A stretch of 64,000 nt of DNA from the human T2T-CHM13v2.0 reference genome, Homo sapiens: NCBI RefSeq assembly GCF_009914755.1, contig NC_060942.1. One strand, written 5' to 3'. Under the pieces are notes generated by a model that was not told the DNA's origin, ran no database searches, and worked only from the letters and a program-made list of their open reading frames with translations. Positions 1-15,032 of this stretch are shown here, in pieces (position 1 is the first letter of the stretch; each line of letters opens with the position of its first letter). A program made the position numbers and the translations under genes.

Positions 1-700
1 TTTTGGTAGATTGTCTTTGTTTTTTTAATCATTGTCATGAGCCTTATGTGACTTTTCCTCTCATGAGTTTCCTATTATTAAGGTATCAGTCCTTTATCAG
101 TTATACAGTGGTATATATTCTTCTATTTTCCATTTGTCTCTTGACTTTGTTTTGGTGTTTTTCCCTATTCAATTACTCTCTTCTTAAAGTTTTATGCAGT
201 CAAATGTGTCCAGATTTTCTTTTATTGGGTTTTTCTCAAATTGCAATTATGGTCTTAAGTAGCAGGCCAAATCTTAGTTCAGTTATTCTATTCTTATGTT
301 GCCTACTAAGACTGTGTCTTCAGCATTTGTGGTCAGCCTGACAGGCAGAGTAAATGCAGATAATTTGTGCCTCTAATCCCTGGTACTCTCCTTTTCCTGT
401 TTCCTCTTTCACTTCCCAGTGAAGATTTATTTTTTTTTAATTTTTATGTATTCTTTTTGCTTCCATGTGTGGTGCAGACAAGGGCTGGCCTCAGGCTAGA
501 AGCGATGAAAATGAGAAAATCACTCCCGCCATTCCCTTTTACCACTGGTGGTTTACTTGCCAGTTTCTGCTAACTTTTGATCATTCCCCAGTGACTTCCG
601 GTAGTTGTTCATTTTTGTATTTTCTCTAGAGTTTATAGCTACTATCTGTGGGAAGTTGATCTAATGGAAGCTAACTTGTCCCTTACCAGGAGTGAAACCC
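1..700 (-). mobile_element. Old, fragmented L1 (L1M/L1ME-like)
   Basis: T-rich degenerate sequence resembling antisense L1M 3' and 5' regions; boundaries approximate. Confidence 0.45.
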
Positions 701-2628
701 AAGCATGTAAATTTTGTCAAAATTAGAAAGCCTTATCCTATACTCATGTCAAGGACAAGTTTCCAAAGTAATTAGACAATTCTAACTAGAAAAGGTTTAC
801 CCTAATGCTTTCTCAAATATTCATTTTTCCAAAAATTCTTAACTTTTAGTATAAAATCAATTTATTTCATTGAGAAAAAACGAATATTTTTGCCACTTGT
901 TGCAAAAGGTCAATCTGGTTTTAATAGTCTCTTGTATCGCTATCTGAAAAGTAAACTGCATAACTACCATGCCTTATAAAAGTGATTGTTTCAATGACCA
1001 TAAGGGATATCAAAATCACCAACATCAAGTAACCAAGCTTTATCTATATGGACAATTCAAACAAAATATAATTTGATCAATAATGACCTGTGCTGAGGAA
1101 CAAATGCACACATCATGAAGCCCCTGTTATTCAGTTTGAGGATTACTTTTATATTTCTATGAAAGATAAAAAATAACTAGAAAACAAGGGCAAAATTAAT
1201 GATGAGAACTGGGATCCATCCTCCTCTTTTACATTAAGTGTCCCAGTTCTTTACTGATAGTGACAGTAATTTCAAGGATGCTTGTTTAACTGGAGTCTGT
1301 TTGAATGGGTATGAGTCTCTATGCTGAATGGTCTCTAAAAGCTGTGAATAGGTACATTAGCATATCAAAAACCTTCCAAAGTGTCTTTGGGAGTTTTTAT
1401 TTTCTTTTATCTGCAGGTTTTCTCTGTTTGGAAGAGGTTGGTAAGAAGTGTATCTTGGGATCTGAGTTTTATTTCAAGGTTATTGAAGTATCACAGGAGT
1501 GCAGTCAAATAAAAAACTGATGAATAATATCCAGGGGGCACTGCTAGTAAGACAACCCTGTCGTTTCAAGAAACTTGAGAAATAATGATAAAGAAACATT
1601 TTTTTGAGTTTGTTACTAGTGAGAATAAATTTTGACAGAATAGACAACTTGTTTTTCTACGTCTGACTATAAATTGTAGATTTCCAATATTCCAATTCAT
1701 AATGAATGCCTATCATTTTGTAGTACTAAGCTCTTATGTTCAAGAAATATCTAAACTTTAAACACAAAATTATTGTCTAAAATAAAATAATGTAATATAA
1801 AATAAATCCAAGATCATTTAAGATATTCATGTCTTTTTGTTCAATAGTGGGCTTTGGAGTAACTTTCAGGAGGTTTTCCCATACTAATTTTGTCATTAAC
1901 AATGTGCCAGTAAGAAAGGTCACTTATGTTATCTAGGTATAATTTTCTGCATACCCAGACTAGTTGATGACAAAAGTTCTTTCTTCTTGTAGATTGTCTG
2001 TTATCTACTATTGTCTAATAAATTGAAAATTCCTTTGTATAAAGATATACACATTAATAAATACATACACACAAAAAAATGGAAAATCAACACACAGAGA
2101 GTGTTTCCTCATCATCCGACTTAAGAAATATTTTATCTTTGAAAACTTTTGTGGGCTTCTCAGCAAGTTGGCTTAACATGGAGCAGCTAAAATAGTTAGA
2201 AACCTGGAATCTTACTCTTTTAAAGAATGAGAAGACAGATGTCAGGACTACCACTGAAGTTACAAAATTTAAAAAGGGGGGAAAGCATAGAAAAAAGAAA
2301 ACCAAATTCTGCACATAAACTCTAAGTCAATCTCTGGCACATCCAAGAATTACATGTGCATGCAACAGATTCCAAGCACTACTTATAAAGCTAAAAGATC
2401 TGAAAACATATCTCAATTGCTGTCAACAGTAGGGGACTCAGTTTGCAGTTTGTGTTTAGCCATGTTAACCTTCTAAAACAAAAGGTTAAACATCATATAA
2501 ATACCATTCTAGAAGAAAGGGAGGGAAAATATGGAGCAGAAATATATTTGAAGAATTAATGGACAAAAATTTTCCCAAGTTGATGAAAGGCATAAAGTTT
2601 ACAAATTTAAGAAGATCATCAATCTTAG

Positions 2629-3104
2629 TGTAACTGATCCTATATTATAAAAATCATAAGGTGGTTAACTTCTCTTTGTCCTTTTCTTCCTCCATGCATG
2701 ATTGCTTGCCTGTAGTTATTTCAGTAGACAGTAGTCACTAATAATTGATTAACTTCATATTCTAACCACCTGGGGTTGCCTGAAAGGTTAATAAACTTGT
2801 TTTTCTTTTAAAGAACAATAATCCTTAGGTCATACAGAGCTCTTTAATGGCATCTAGAAGTTCTATCTGAGGAGGGAGGCAAACAGCTTTGATCACGGAA
2901 GGTTCTCACCTCACACACACCTTCCTTATTCATGAAATCACCCAGTTATGTTCAAAAGCAGGTCGGACTTCAGAGTTTGCCTCTCCCACTTTCACACTTC
3001 GGCCAAATCAAATAAACCTTCCTCTTCTCCTATCCACTGATGTATTATTGTTTGGCTTACTCCACACTGGATATTCAAACCCAAATTTGGGGGTTCTAAC
3101 AACA
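2629..3104 (+). mobile_element. Solo LTR (ERV1-like, family not assigned) inserted in L1 ORF1
   Basis: ~476 bp, TG...CA termini (tgtaactg...aacaaca), internal AATAAA at ~3011; L1 sequence resumes on both sides. Confidence 0.6.
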
Positions 3105-3378
3105 GCAGAATAAATACAAAGAAAATCACACCTAGACACATCATAATCAAACCATTGATTCAAACCTTAAGAGAAAGTCTTCAAAGTAGAAATAGAAAAA
3201 GAACACTTTACGTACATGGGAGCAATAATATTAATGTCTGCTGACTTTCATCAAAAACAATAAAAACCAGAAGACCGTGTAATATTTCAAAAGTTTAGAA
3301 TATTTTCAACCTAAGATTTCCATTGCCAGTGAAAATATCTTTCAGAAATTTAAAGCAAAATGAAAATATTTTCCAATG

Positions 3379-3765
3379 AGAGAGTGTGTCTATTAGTGTG
3401 AGAGGGAAATAATGTCTTGTCAGGAGATCTGTACTACAGAAATTTTAAAGGAAATCCTCTAGTTGAAGGAAAATTAATAATGATACACACATTGTCAGCT
3501 AGCTTGACCTAATCGAAAATTATAAAGTGCGACACATAAAAATATCAGTATATGCATTCTAAATGCTTCCTAGAGAGTGCATCTATTTGTGTGAGAGGGA
3601 AAAAATGTTTTGTCAGCAGACCTGTACTACAGAAATTTTAAAGAAAATCTCCCAGTTGAAGGAAAATTAAAAATGATATACACATTGTCACCTGGCTTGG
3701 CCTAAATGAAAATTATAAAGTGCTACACATAAAAATATCAGTATATTCATTCTTTCTAAGTGCTT
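3379..3765. repeat. Tandem duplication, 2 x ~193 bp, diverged
   Basis: 3379-3570 and 3572-3765 align (agagagtg...ctgtactacagaaattttaaag...agttgaaggaaaattaa...cacataaaaatatcagtatat...tgctt). Confidence 0.9.
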
Positions 3766-4399
3766 GTGTACATTTATCATGGTATGGTACATTTATAGAC
3801 CATATTCTGGGCATCAAAGAATGCTCAGTAATTGAAATCACAGAAAGCATCTTCTTAACCACGATAAACTAAAAAATTAATAAAAGGATAGAAGAGAAAA
3901 CTCTAAATGTTTTAAAACAACATGCAGTTGTACATATCCTATAGTTGAATAATATATCATAAGGTAGATACAAATATATATTCAATTGAATGAAATAAAA
4001 ATGAGATATATAAAAATTTGTGAGGTAAAGCCAAGTCAGTACTTAAAAAAAAATTTAATGTGAAAATTCCTGTATTCGCAAAGTATGATTGCCATCAATT
4101 ACCAGGAAGGATTTGGAGAAATTAGAACTCTCATACTCTGCTGGTTGAAATGTAAAATGGTATAAAAACTTTTGAAAACTGCTTTTCAGTTTCTTAAGAA
4201 GTTAAACATACATAGATGGAAATAAAACTTGCCTAGATTTTTCACTGTTTCTGTGAAAAGCCCTTGCCTCCTAGAAATATTTTCACAAACCATTAGAGAT
4301 CTCAATTAGATCTGTAGCCATTTGTCTTCTTAATTGTTCTGACCAATCTGACCAATGAGATATTCAAACTTCTAGGTAAAATGGTTACAGTTGTATTAG

Positions 4400-4775
4400 G
4401 TTCCGGGTTAAGACTCCAAGATACAACAAAATATAATAGCAGCTACTTTCCTAGGTATTTACATATCAAAGGCGAATCAGCTCCAGGAACTTGGACACAT
4501 CTCCATAAAAACTGGGTCACAAGTGGCTAGCTGGCTGTGAGACAGATTTCATATACATTCATACTGAAAGGCTGGAGTAAGGAGTCCCTTTCAGGAGGGG
4601 TGGGATACAGCTGCCTCCTCCCCCTTTATAAGTAGAGAAAAATTATTATTTTTCTTTATTCCTAGCTATGGAGCTGTCCAGCTACTTGTATAGGACAACT
4701 GGCCTACTTCTTTTTACACTGTTCGAAGGGTAAGGACAAAGGCAAAGGGAGGAGCACACTTATTACTTACAGTGA
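4400..4775. mobile_element. Probable LTR-like insertion (unassigned)
   Basis: GC-richer block interrupting A-rich L1 sequence; family not recognised. Confidence 0.3.
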
Positions 4776-7318
4776 CATATACGATATGATCTACCTCGAA
4801 TTAACAACACCGTCATGTGCGCTTTTAGGTTAAAATTAATAAAAATGAATGTTAAAAATCCAACACACACATAACACACAACCCTGACATTCTACTCATA
4901 GGTATTTAGCCTATATGAATGAGAGAAGTAAATTTAATAGCAGAAATATACATAGAACAAAAATTGATAAAACTAAGAAACAAAGCCATCTTAGTAGATT
5001 TTAAAGCATCTCTCAGAGTTAAAGCGTTGTGTGTGTACACCCACACATGTGTTGTTGATGACTTACACAATTTAAACAATGTGACTTATTAACGGACATA
5101 TAGAAAACACTATGCCCAAACATTTCAGAATGCGCTTTGTTTTCAAGGACACATAAATCATTTCCAATTATTGACCATATGCAGAACCATAAAGTGAGTT
5201 TCAAAAAATCTCCAAGTATTAAAATAACACACAATATTTTATAACAGTGCTAGCAAATAAACATAACTACTAATCCCTATGTATTTGGAAATTAAGAGTG
5301 ATAAATTTAAAGCATGCATAAAAATAATAATAAAAGAGAAAATAATCTGAACAGTGAAAATATCATACATCAAAACTTACAGGATGCAGTTAAAGCATTG
5401 CTTCTCCTCAGTCACCTTTTTAAAATTCTGACTTCCCCTTAAATATTAGCATTCCCAGAATTTATACCTTATTTATAATTTGTTCCATGCTATCTATAAT
5501 TGAGTGATAGCATTCCAGTACTGGTTTAACCCATCAACTACATACCAATGATTTCCTAATTCTATTTCTATTTCTGGCTGTAAAGCGCTTGGATTTTCTA
5601 ATGAGGCCGATTTACTAACAACCCAGAAGCTGACTGAGAATGCACCCATTTTATTCTTCCTCTCTTTTACCTTTCTTTAATTTAGAGGTAAATGGAAGTG
5701 TAAAATGAAGAAAACAATGAGTGCCTTGTGAAATAAGTACCTTTGGAGTTTTTCTTGGTTCCTCACTATAAGACCTCAGGCAAATCTATTGGAAAGTTAA
5801 GGAAACTTTCTTGGGTTTTGAAATCCAAATCCTAAACATCATCACTTCTACTGAGCCAGATTTAAAGTAAATATCACAATGAGAAAGAATGTCCCTCTTC
5901 TGGTGAACTATTCAAGGAACTAGACATGTGGGCCTGCTTTAGCTCCTGAAGAAAACAGAGAATGTAAGAGGCTGAGAGTGGTCAGCGCTAGCCATGTGTA
6001 GGTCTGTCACAGTGTGCCCTTCTTAAAAGCATCTGAAACAGAACACTCAGAAGTAAACAGGATGTACTTGAAGAGTATTCACTCCCATCATTTTCATGGT
6101 CATTGCCATCATCCTAAATGGAAAGCTAGGATAGTAGAATAATTCTATCCAAAACATAGAATATGAAATCAAGAATGACAATAGCTGATAACCTACATTT
6201 TGATATACTACACTTTTTCATTCATAAAACCTTAAAAACAAACAGAAACAAATGACAGTGCTTTTTCTAAGTATGGTGTTAAGTGCTTATTTTTGACTTT
6301 TAGTTTGGCCAGGGGCTAGGTCTAGCTATTCTCTGGCCATGTCACTTCTCCCCTACTGTCTAAAGCAATAAACAAACAAAAGAAACACAGCTTTACTGTA
6401 ACCTTAGTTTTAACATAAGTTGGTGCCTCTTGGTTTGAGACAAGAAATGTTTTGAGGGTTGAGAAAAATGAATCCTTCACCTATGGCTTGAGATGCCAAG
6501 CTGGTCACTGTGATGACCACTGATCACTGAAGGAGACCAGGACATTTTTGAAACTGAAGTGACTTTTAACCAATCCCCCCCACCTTTTTTTTCGAAAGTT
6601 GAATGTAGAGAGGCCTTGAAAGTTGGAAAGCATGATGCCAAAGCAATTTCAGTGTGTAGGAAAGAACAAGAAAACACCGAAATAAAATTATCTTTAAAGG
6701 AAATTTTAGGCTGGTAATTTAAGTTCAATAGAAGTTCCTAATGGTTTTTAAGGGGTTAGGGGTATGGGATGATGGCTGATTTCCGTGTAATATATACCTA
6801 ATGTAGGCAGCTCTTCTAGATCTAGTAACAGTGATCCACTAGGTTGTCCTTTTAAAAAAACAACAAACTAAGCAAAAAGATGAACTAAAATGAACTGGCC
6901 TTTTGGCATGAGCCACCAATGTCAACTGCACAAAATGGTATAAGCGTGCAATTTTGGCCCTCACACACAATTGTCATTTGTTTAGGTAAGCAGAACCAGT
7001 CCTCTATAGTGATACTTTATACCAGTGAGAAGCAGTGAAAGTTTTGGCCACATGGGATTTTAGGTTGTTTTTCATTGTGTGTTTGGAATTAGTCCTGAAA
7101 ACTTTTGATTAAATTCCAAGAAATTTTAGACTTTTTTTTTTCCTGTATGTCTTTCTCCCCCATTTATTTAGTAGCATGAGGAAGACCTTAAGTAGAAATA
7201 ATTATAAAATGGAAGATAAGTAACAGCACGCATACCTGAACTGGTAAAACAGATTGTTTTAAACATATTTTATCACTTTGATTTCTCTCTTTTTAGGTTG
7301 AAAATTTTTTTTACTTAA

Positions 7319-7635
<317 letters not shown>

Positions 7636-8594
7636 TTATAAACCCTTTTCTATATTAAAAATATTAAATCTTCACCAGTTTATAGTACAATTGTGTTTTC
7701 TAATTTGGTGCTCTTTTTTAATGCCGTTACTATTATTGTTTTTGTTTTTTGGATACAGAGAAGATATAAAAATATGTATGTTAACATTTCAATATTTTCT
7801 TATGCGGTTCCTGGCTTTGGTCTAATGATTAGTTAGTCCTACCTCTTTTACCCTCAATATTATTCAAGCAATTATTTCCTCATAGTAATCTGAAATGTCT
7901 GTGATTACATTTATGGCATAAATCCACTGAAATATATTTTAGGGTATGTGAGAAAAATAAGATTAGCTCTTAATGTGTATGTTTCACCCATTAATTATTG
8001 AATTGGAGATACTATAAGGTACTTTAGAAAGCTATTGTTAAGAATAAACTTGAAATATATCCAAATAAATTAGCAATTAGGTCAACAGTTGTGTGAGAAT
8101 ATTATTGGATCTACATTTACCTTATTATTGAAAAGTAAATTATACTTTTAATCTCAATTCAGATCACTTTATCTATTAATGTAACTTTCTAAACCTAAAA
8201 GTGAAAGAACATTAAGAAAAATGCTAGTAGATATTTCTCAGAGAGGGCTTTTGTGGTGCCCCTCATATTTCTCTGTATTTTTAAAGACATTCTTCAAAAC
8301 ATACCTATTTTTTAATACAAAAAAAGGACTTTTCTAATTTTTCTCCTTCCACAATACTGTACTATAATGAGAGCAAAGAATATCACTTTAAAAAGTGCTG
8401 AAAATGAGCGAAAGGGTAAGATTAAAACAAAACTTTTTGCAAATGGTTGAAAAAGAACAATTCTTGTTAAAGTGGGACAGAGAGAGCACAAGTGCACAGA
8501 AACAGACCTGTGGGAGCTGTTGCGGGAGCTGTTGTTCAAGCAGAGATCTCTGAAAAAACCAGAGCTACATATGGAAAGGAAAGAACTTCACAAA

Positions 8595-9243
8595 CAGTTG
8601 ATCCTCATTATGTGCAGATTTGCATTTGTAAGTTTGACTTCTTGCTAAAAGGTATGTTCCCTCAAAAATCAATAATCACTGTCAATGGTCATTTGCAGAT
8701 ATATGCAGAGTGGCAAAAAATTTAAGTTACCTGGAGAGAGAGCACATTCCCAACTGAGGTTGAACAAGGTAGTGCTTTGCCTGTTTGTTTCCACTTTCAT
8801 GCTATAAACAAGTGCATTCTTAAGGGCTTATTTAATGCCACGTTTTTCACACTTTTTTGTGTGATTTTTGTTGGTGAGTTTGCTGTTTAAATTGGCCCCA
8901 AAGTGTAGTGTTGCAGGGCTAATAGTGTTCCTAGACTAAAGAAGGCTATGATATGCCTTACAAAGAAAATACAAGTGTTAGATAAGCTTCATTCAGGTAT
9001 GAGTTACAGTGCTGTTGGCTGTGAGTTCAATGTCAAAAACCAATCAACAATATTTATTATATAAGGTGTCCTTAAACAGAAACACTCATGAACCAAGGTT
9101 ATTGACTGATAAAAATTTAGTGACCAAAGGCTTCCACCACCCTAACCCTTTATTTCCCCAGGAGCAATAGGGTATTGTTCACTAATTCAGTGTTTGCAAC
9201 AATGTTATATGACATAATTACTGCAGAAAACAAGAAACAACTG
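8595..9243 (-). mobile_element. MER82-like TcMar-Tigger DNA transposon
   Basis: ~650 bp; inverted termini cagttg...caactg followed by TA; internal text matches recalled MER82. Confidence 0.8.
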
Positions 9244-9272
9244 TAACTGATTGTACTATTATATGCCTAATG

Positions 9273-9430
9273 CAGTGGATTTCCCTCCACTACATAGTGG
9301 AATCCCCTGGAGGGTGAGCATTTTAAAAATGCAGATGCTGGTTACCCATTTTACCCTCCCCCCAGGCCATGGAAATCTGAATCTGTGGAGGTCTCTGCTT
9401 TGATGTTTTTAAAATCTCAAGTAATTCCAG
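9273..9430. mobile_element. MER5-like hAT-Charlie fragment
   Basis: gaatcccctggag...ttaaaaatgcagatg...gaatctg motif order. Confidence 0.45.
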
Positions 9431-9639
9431 AAATTCTTCTTTTCTACAAATTATACCTCAAGAAAGTGGAAGTTGTTGATTAACAGGCTCTTTTCAGAAG
9501 AGAACATCATCTGGGATGTTGCTCTTCTCTCCTTCCTTCCAGCTTCCTGGAATGCAGCAATGATGATTTCAGCTCTACTAGCCTTCTTTGCTCATGAGGC
9601 AATTTTGAAAATGACAAAAACTAGTTTATTTAGTTTATC

Positions 9640-10120
9640 TTACCAGCTAGTACCTCAATTCCAACAATCTTGGATGCCACGATTTAAAATCCCTTTTACA
9701 GTGTTTCCTAAGCCTCATATTCTCATAGCCACTTTACCCTCTATAATCAGTCCCTTGCATGCAACCTTATCTCTTATTTTTTTTTTCTTCTGTCATCTCA
9801 CTCACTCCTGGGGAAAACACAATCTGGCTAATCTAGCTTTCCATTTTTTTCTACACTTGCATGTGTGCAGCTGAACAGAGCTGGGGTAAAGCAGGTTTCT
9901 TACAGAACGTGAACAGCCATTACTTTCAAGAAGGCCATTAGAGCTGTCTAGCAATGGTACAAAATTTCCCCTCTCCATACCCTTTACTCTTTCACTCTTC
10001 TAGATGACTATTTTTATACCTCCTTTTCTCTTATCCAGCCTCCAAGACTTCTTTCCCCATCTTTTTTCTCATCTATTGATTCTGCTTTCTATTTCATTGA
10101 GAAAACAGAAGTAGTAAAAA
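9640..10120 (+). mobile_element. L2 fragments
   Basis: Pyrimidine-rich L2-like text (tctatttcattgagaaaacagaag). Confidence 0.4.
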
Positions 10121-10959
10121 GAGTTAAGTAGAATAATATATTCAAAATGCTGTAAACCTAGGACTGTATGTACAGCCAACTTACGTTGCAAGAATGAATG
10201 TCATAAAAAGACATTTTAGGCAAACAAAAATTGAGAAAATATTAAAGATGCACTTAAGGCAGAAAAAATGAGCACAGAATAAAGGCTTGAGCAGTTTGAT
10301 GGTACAGAAAGAAAAACATAAACATATGAATAAATATACAAATAGTGGTTGTATAAAAGAGTAATAATCACTTTTCATTTTTCTCTAATAAGCCCTGAAA
10401 TAATAGAAATAGGATGCATTGCTTCTAGTAAAAGGAAGGGAGGCATTAATCATCTCAAAATAATTCAAAACAGAAGTTGAAAAGGAATATATTAATAGTT
10501 AAAAGAGGTATAGACAGAAAGTACATGCTAATTATAAATAAATCCATGAATATCAATAATCACATGGATATAAACACTCCAGATAAAAGACAATGATTCT
10601 TAGAATATCAGTAAAATCCAGCTATCTTCTATTTACAGTATGTATATTAAAAACATCAGGCCACAAAATGTTTGGTAATATCAAAATGAAAAATTACATC
10701 TCAAACTAATACTAAACAAAGTTCCAACATACTGAAGATAAAAAGTAATAACAAGAGATAAATAGTGCTGTATAAATTTAAGAATAACTCAACCATGAGT
10801 TTCACTGGAAGTCAGAAAACATTTAGAAGGGTTAATGAATAAACTACATATCAAAATGTGTGGAATATAAGCAATAGGGTTTAAAAAATAAATTAATAGC
10901 CTTAAATTAGTATAGTAAAAAATAATAATAATTTAAAAATGGTAATGAAAAAAAAATTA

Positions 10960-11325
10960 CCTCCTGACATTGAGGAGCTGGCCTGTCACCATCAGCCAGG
11001 CCCAATATCCTCTTGTTGAACATGAACATTTCACAGAACAAAGCCACTCTGTCACCTCAGTGATCAAGACAAAAATGACACTACTCCATAATCATGTTTG
11101 AATACAGAAAAAGTATAAACATTTTCTAAACCACAAAATAGTGCACATTCATGTCTCCCGGTTAATATAAGCAATGGCTACTTTTTCATCAATTACAGCT
11201 TTAGCCTCTCTGCATTCATGTCTCCTTCTAGATAAGATTTATTCAGATACCCAATCATAGAACTACTCCCACTTCCTAAGAGCAGCTAATCCAGAGAAAA
11301 GCCACACTTCTTAAATCTCTCTCAC
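10960..11325 (+). mobile_element. ERV1-class LTR fragment (MER89-like)
   Basis: caattacagctttagcctc...ctagataagatttatt...acccaatcatagaa matches recalled ERV1 LTR consensus; subfamily uncertain. Confidence 0.55.
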
Positions 11326-11726
11326 TAAAAGAAGCAATAAATCCAGCTTACTCCTGGTGGGTTTTGGCAGGAGTCCGGCAAAAAAAAATGGATCATATAT
11401 CTCATTAAAGAAGATACAAAACACACCATCGAAAGCAAATTAGAAAAAAATAAAATAGAATGAAGGAAATAGGTAAAATCAGAAGCCAAAGTTAATGCAA
11501 CAGCAAATGTACATAAAATAGAAGTTAGAAACAAAGTAAAACTAAAAATTAATCTTCGAAAAGACACATTATAAAAGGGAAACTCCAATTAAGTAATAAA
11601 AGGAAATAAAGCACACATGCTCAATATTAAGGATAGAAAAAATATGTAGGGGATGAATAGAGAGGCAACAGAATATGCATTTTGAGTAAACTTGGGTCAA
11701 TAAATGTGAAAAAGAAAAGGACACAG

Positions 11727-11917
11727 ACTGGGCAATAGAGTAAGACTCCATCTCTACAAAAATAATTAAAAAAAAAAAAAAAAAAAAACTAGCCAGGTGC
11801 GGTGGTGTGCAGCAGTAGTTCCAGTTATTTGGGAGGGTGAGGTGGGAGATTGCTTGTGCCCAGGCGGTCAAGGTCACGCCATGCAATGCAGCCTATGTAA
11901 CAGAATGAGACCAAAAA
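11727..11917 (+). mobile_element. 5'-truncated AluJ with expanded middle A-tract
   Basis: End of left monomer, long A run at 11768-11788, diverged right monomer. Confidence 0.8.
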
Positions 11918-13470
11918 GACAAATTCTTAAAACCACAACTTGCCAAAACAGACTTACAAAATAACTATATGAGCTAAATAGAATAAGTCTATAAGCACAA
12001 AATACAATTTTACGCATTGTTAAAAAGCTTCCCACAAAGAAAATACAATGGTCAGACAGCTTTACAGATAGGTTCTAAGGAACATTCTAGCATTAAATCA
12101 TTTCGATCTTATGCAAACTCTTCTAAAGAACATAAAAATGAAAGATTTCCAACTTATTTTATGTGACAAGTATAATGTTGACTTCAAGATTAGGCAAGTA
12201 CAATATGAGAAAAGATGATTACAGGCAAATCACAATTACGATTGTTGATGTAAACATCTTAAACTAATTATTAACAAAGAAAATTCAGCAAACTATACAA
12301 ATATAATGAATCATTCCCAGGCTCACTTTATCATAGCAAACCAAGTTGAATTTAATCTCAAATAAGAAAAGACTTTCACAAAATGCATTACATTAACAGA
12401 TAAAGGCAAGAAACACAGGAGAATATTCATAAGATGGAGGAAAAACATTCAATAAATTTCATCATGGATTTATGATAAGATGTCACTTATCGAACTAAGA
12501 ATAGAAGGGAATATCACGTCCTGATAAGGTGAACCTATGAAATACATATAATGTCCGTTTTGGAAAGTAGTGAAATGTTAGAAGCACTCCATTAACATTA
12601 TAAATAGCACAATACCCATTACAGGTATTACCATATCTATTCAGTATTTCACAGAGGGTCCTAACAAATGCAGTAAGAATATTAAAAAGTTATACAATTA
12701 GAAAGAAAATATAATTCTTAGTAATTACATGTTACCAAACCATATACATAAATATCTCCAAAGAGTTTACAGGCAAATTGTTGAATTAGTAAGAAGATTT
12801 AATAAGGTCCCTGATACAATATAAATACACAAAAATAAACTGTATTTTCTGTATACTAGGAAGAGTTAGAACATATAATTAACAATAAATATAATCCAAG
12901 GTAATAACAATATATAAAGTGCTCTGACTTAAATCTACCAAAGGACTACCAAGTATTAAATAAAAGGAGATGCATACCATGCCCATGAATAGGGACTAAT
13001 TAATGTAAAGATGTCAACTCTCCCAAAACTGATACAATGCATTTAAAATTAAAATGCATTGTTCTTTGTTTGTTTTGAGTAAACGTGCAAACTAATTCTA
13101 AAATGCATATGTAAGAACAAAGGCTTAAGAAAATCCAAGACAACAATGAGAAAGAAAATAAAGACTTATCTTGCCAGATTTCAAGGCTAACAATAAGACT
13201 GTAGTAATAAAGACAGTGTGGTATTGCCATTGATGTAATCAAATTTGCCAGTGGAATAGAAGAGAAAGCCCAAAGTAGCCTCCTACAAAATACGGAGACT
13301 TGATATTTGGTAGAGATGGCATTGAAGGTTAGTGGGGAAAAAAAACAAACAAAAAAACATGATTATTCAATCTCTTTAGGACAATAGGTTATTCATACAA
13401 AATAAAAGTCAGAATAGAGACAACAATTAATATAAAGTAGATTAAATACTTATATATGAAAGACAAAATC

Positions 13471-14015
13471 TGTGGCAGATGGACTACAATATGACCCCCA
13501 AATTATCCCCATCTCCTGGTACTTATGCCTTTGTGTAGCCCCTTCCTTCTGAGTATGGATGGGACCTCTGACGTGCTTTCAACCATTAGAATGCAGCAAC
13601 TATGATGGGTGTCACTTTCATAATTTATGCTACATTGTTGGCAGAGTTTCTCTATTGACTGTCTTCCTGGCTTTAATGAAGCAAGCTGCTATACGGAGAG
13701 GTCCACATGGAAGCTACTAAAGGTGGACCCCAGGCAACAACCAGAAAAGTACTGAAGCTTTAGGTCAAACAATCTATAAGGTACTGAATCCTGCCAACAA
13801 TCATGTGAGCTTGGAAGCACATGCTTCCCCAGTTGAGTCTCAGATGAGATTGCAGCCCTAGCCAGCAACTTAATTGCAGCTTTGTGAAACACCCTAAAGC
13901 AGAGTACCCAACTAAGTCATGGTTGACTCCTGATCTACAGAAACTGTGGGATAATCAATGCATGTTGTTTCAAGCCACTAGGTTTCTGGTAATATTGTTA
14001 GGCAGCAATAAATAA
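13471..14015 (+). mobile_element. MLT1 (E/F-like) MaLR solo LTR
   Basis: tgtggcaga start; ctgaatcctgccaacaatcatgtgagcttggaag; 3' tgttgtttcaagccactagg...gttaggcagcaata. Confidence 0.85.
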
Positions 14016-15032
14016 TTTTAAAAAATGCTTAGGAGAAAATATAGGAGAACATTTTTAGGGCCAACATCTTGGGGAAAAAATTTTAGTAAGATGCAAAAAC
14101 AGTACACATAATAAAAGAAAACACTGACATGTGTGATTACTTTCAAATTAAGAACACCTGTATATCTAAAGCTATCACAAGGGTCATTATACAAAAATCA
14201 AGAAAACATAAGCCAAAAAGTTATTCAAAATACATATAAACAAAATAGGATTAGTATTCATAATATATAGTAAACTTTAGTGAGTCAATAAAAAATAACT
14301 GAATAGAAAAAGGGGTAAAAGAAATGACCCCAATTTCATTCCAGAAAAGAAACACACATGGCAAAAATAAAGGCTATATATGTGAGTTTGGGTGGGTGTG
14401 TGGGTTTGGATGGGTGGGTGGGTATAAGTGTACAGGTGCACACACACTTGTGTTTATAAGTTCTAAGTCATTATTAGTCAGAGAAATGTAAATGAAAACC
14501 ATAAGGTGACATTCTTTTATCCCACCAGACACGGAAATATTAAAAATTCTGTAAATGTCAAGTGCAGAAGAAAATCTAGCACAGAAACTCTTCTATATTG
14601 GTGTTAATTTATACAGACAATCTGAAAAATAATTTGGCATTGTCTATAATAGTTGAGGATGTACAGATCATATTAATCCAGAACCTTTCAGCTCTAGATA
14701 TATATGCTAAAAAGGAAGATTAAGTGGGTGTGGGAGTGAAGGTTCTTAGTACAAACAAACCAACAAAAAAACTAAATTCCTGCACATGTATTTTATGGAA
14801 CATACTTAAGAATTTTAATAAAAAATTACTTGAATTTGCAAAAACTAGAAATATCCCTAAAATCTATCAAGCAGCTAAAAGATAAGGTATGGCATGTTCC
14901 TACAACGGCATATTCATATAATGAATCACTACCATGGTGAAAATATGTGATCTCCACCTACAAACATCACATTAGACAAAATTTTGAGCAAAAAATAAAA
15001 GCAAGTTGGATACTAATGGTACAATGTGTTAC

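Larger units (their letters stand above)
2480..5400 (+). mobile_element. Degenerate L1M fragments (ORF1 end, ORF2 pieces), interrupted by LTRs
   Basis: L1 ORF1-like text (ataaatacaaagaaaatcacacctagacacatcataatcaaac at ~3110) and ORF2 endonuclease-region text (gaccatattctgggcatcaaa; tattgaccatatgcagaaccataaag). Confidence 0.65.

Noticed and set aside
14390-14423. (GGGT)n-like G4-capable tract
   Set aside because: Simple repeat inside a decayed L1 with no regulatory context
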